Positions 61,899 to 64,000 of a stretch of 64,000 bases of DNA are shown piece after piece. Source of the stretch: Microcoleus sp. Its GTDB lineage: Bacteria > Cyanobacteriota > Cyanobacteriia > Cyanobacteriales > Microcoleaceae. The stretch spans positions 224,001-288,000 of the forward strand of contig JAYFMW010000030.1 of NCBI GenBank assembly GCA_042408215.1. The letters run 5' to 3'. Position numbers and translations under genes: made by a program. The notes beneath the pieces were generated by a model that worked only from the letters and a program-made list of their open reading frames with translations, was not told the origin of the DNA and did not search any database. How positions within the stretch are numbered: the first letter of the stretch is position 1; each line of letters begins with the position of its first letter.

Positions 61899-63365
61899 TC
61901 ACCGACAATTATCGCAGTGCCCGCACCGCATAGATTTAGCTTCATTTGCAAACCCAAAAGCTTGCAGCAAAAATTGCCACCTGCACTGTCGGTGTTTCAA
62001 ATATGTTACCATTTCCTCAGCGACGGTAAAATTTGGTTTTTCGGCTTTTTGCTGTGCAGATTTATTGATAACATAATTAAAAGGATCTTGCCATTTTAAT
62101 TGTCCGCTACTGTCGAGAATCGAAAGGGCGATCGCACTTTCGGGAAATTCGCGGGAAACTGCATCTACATCACCTTTAACTGGCAGATTTTTAGCTAATT
62201 GTTGGGCTTCTCGATATTGCGATCGCAATTTATCTTGAAAAAACTCCCTTCTTTGTTTATCTTCTGGGTATAGCAAGCCCGTCGGTTCGCTAATTAACGT
62301 CAAGGCGATCGCCGATTTGCCGTCCCGTCCGCCTCTACCAATTTCTTGAATGTATTCTGATAATAGCAAAGGTGCTTGAAAGTGAACAACCCACCGGACA
62401 TCTGGCTTATTAATTCCCATACCAAATGCTGAGCTACAAACAACAAATGTAAGGGTTCCATTCAGCCAAGCTTTTTCTATTTGTCGCCGTTCTTCTGGAC
62501 TTAAACCTGCATGATAGGCTGCTGTTTCATAGCCTGCTGCTTCCAGCAAATTTGCCAAATTTTCGCTATCTTTTCTAGTACGAACATACACTAAACCAGC
62601 TTGTTTTGGTCGAGTTTTAATAAAATTTAATAATTGCTGTTTGCGTCCCCTCGGTGTCCAGACTGTTTGCACTTGCAGATGTAAGTTAGAACGATAAGGG
62701 CTTAGCAGAAATGCTTCGGGCTTTTGTAGTTGCAAGACATTTTTGATGATTTTTTGTGCTTCGGGGTTGGCGGTAGCGGTGAAAGCGGCGATCGCAATTT
62801 TAGTCCCTGGTGGTTTAGTTTTCAATAAAGCCGATCGCACAGTACCCAAACGCCGATAAGCTGGTCGAAATGTATCGCCCCACTGCACTAAACAGTGAGC
62901 TTCATCTAAGATTAAACCATTAATTTGTATGTGCGGCTGACTGATGATTTCCCAGACAGGTTTGCTGAGCAAGGTTTCGGGAGATAAATACAGTAATCTC
63001 AACTTATTCTGTTGCAGCGATTGCAGAGTTTGCCGGCGCTGCTGTGTTGACAATTGACTGTGAAGTAGGGCGGCGGGGAGATGGCGATCGCGCAATTCTT
63101 GCACTTGATTTTCCATGAGTGCTACCAGCGGCGAAACTACGAGAGTTAAGCCTGTTTGTAACAAAGCTGGCAGTTGAAAACAGATAGATTTACCGCCACC
63201 TGTCGGCAGAACGATCAGCGTGTCTTTTCCTGCTAATAAACTGCTGACTATTTCTCCTTGGGGCGGTCTAAAATCGTCATAGCCCCAAATTGTTTGGAAG
63301 GCGGCGCGGGCTTGATTTAATGCTGTTAATTCTGGTTGAAAGTTCATGGAATTTAGCTGATACAT
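61899..63365 (-). CDS. recQ: RecQ-family helicase (short form)
   Basis: PTGGGKSICFQ, LDEAHC, TATA, FGMGINKPDVR, QEIGRGGRDG, CGHCDNC. Confidence 0.92.
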   Translation of the reverse strand: MYQLNSMNFQPELTALNQARAAFQTIWGYDDFRPPQGEIVSSLLAGKDTLIVLPTGGGKSICFQLPALLQTGLTLVVSPLVALMENQVQELRDRHLPAALLHSQLSTQQRRQTLQSLQQNKLRLLYLSPETLLSKPVWEIISQPHIQINGLILDEAHCLVQWGDTFRPAYRRLGTVRSALLKTKPPGTKIAIAAFTATANPEAQKIIKNVLQLQKPEAFLLSPYRSNLHLQVQTVWTPRGRKQQLLNFIKTRPKQAGLVYVRTRKDSENLANLLEAAGYETAAYHAGLSPEERRQIEKAWLNGTLTFVVCSSAFGMGINKPDVRWVVHFQAPLLLSEYIQEIGRGGRDGKSAIALTLISEPTGLLYPEDKQRREFFQDKLRSQYREAQQLAKNLPVKGDVDAVSREFPESAIALSILDSSGQLKWQDPFNYVINKSAQQKAEKPNFTVAEEMVTYLKHRQCRWQFLLQAFGFANEAKSMRCGHCDNCR

Positions 63366-63679
63366 TTGTTGGCGTTTAAAAACAAAAAGTGCTGATTTAA
63401 TAGTAGTTAATAATTTTACCTGAATTTAAATTATGAACGCAAGTGGATTGAAAGAAACTTTCACCTAATCTCTTCTCTTCTGTTCTCTTTCTCTGTGTCC
63501 TCTGCGCCCTCTGCGGTTCATTAAAAAAATATCTGTCACAAAGCCTTTAAAATTATAAACTGATATTTATTTAAGATTTTGAGTTTTGGATTTGAGATGA
63601 TCCATTCTAGATCCCTGCAAATCTCCGAATCTGTTGAAAAATCCCAATCCAAAATCCAAAATCCCAAATCTAAAATCCC

Positions 63680-64000
63680 CTAAGACTCCTCACCGTCTCG
63701 ACGACCAAGTTCGTAAACTGCGCCACCAATACAGGCGATCGTACCCATAGATACGGCCCAACTTGTGCCCAGAGACAATTCTACGCCCCAATTACAAAAT
63801 CCCCCGACAATTAAAAAGGGGACAATGCTCAATAGCGAAGCGTAAAAGGCATTTTGAGCTTCTCTAGCTTTGCGAGTCTTCTCAAACTCCGCTTCCGAGG
63901 TATAGAGGGATCTTTCGGCAAAATTCATCCAGCGGTTGAGTTGCAGGATCACCCATGCTGTGAGGGGCGAGAGGCCCCAATACAGGGCCAAAGACCATAA
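63680..64000 (-). CDS. Conserved cyanobacterial membrane protein, 5' end outside window
   Basis: Open frame to the window edge, hydrophobic segments, YELGRRD C-terminus. Confidence 0.7.
   Translation of the reverse strand, partial: LWSLALYWGLSPLTAWVILQLNRWMNFAERSLYTSEAEFEKTRKAREAQNAFYASLLSIVPFLIVGGFCNWGVELSLGTSWAVSMGTIACIGGAVYELGRRDGEES

Overview
Cyanobacterial chromosome segment. Evidence: dense HIP1 GCGATCGC octamers, heptamer STRR arrays and photosynthesis genes. An Oscillatoriales/Microcoleus-like source is an inference. Core content: ndhCKJ, rubA-ycf48-psbEFLJ, FHA-PBP1A, cobA/cbiX, tRNA-His, prs, bioD/bioB/bioY, lspA, pstSCAB, lysC, nblA, cpcS, cpcG, rluD and recQ. The most notable accessory signal is a set of OMEGA (IS200/IS605) RNA-guided elements. 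(i) An intact TnpB-only element (9989-11536) sits in the last codons of cobA at a TTTAT motif. (ii) Two ~296-bp protein-less copies (5475-5772, 57408-57702) keep the same ends and TTTAT motif, a covarying omega-RNA scaffold and different guides. (iii) A second TTTAT-flanked omega-RNA mini-element family lies at 24491-24779. (iv) A protein-less IscB/HEARO omega-RNA element sits exactly at the PBP start codon. (v) There is a decayed IS607-type tnpB. Also notable: a Upf1-like helicase with a ~700-aa insert plus a PLD (HKD) partner next to tRNA-His (Mokosh-like defence candidate), a TauD + DUF885-like pair, a 5x143-bp hairpin array, nested MITEs, a frameshifted nblA and an SLH gene with two in-frame stops. 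All calls come from reading motifs by eye; no searches were run.
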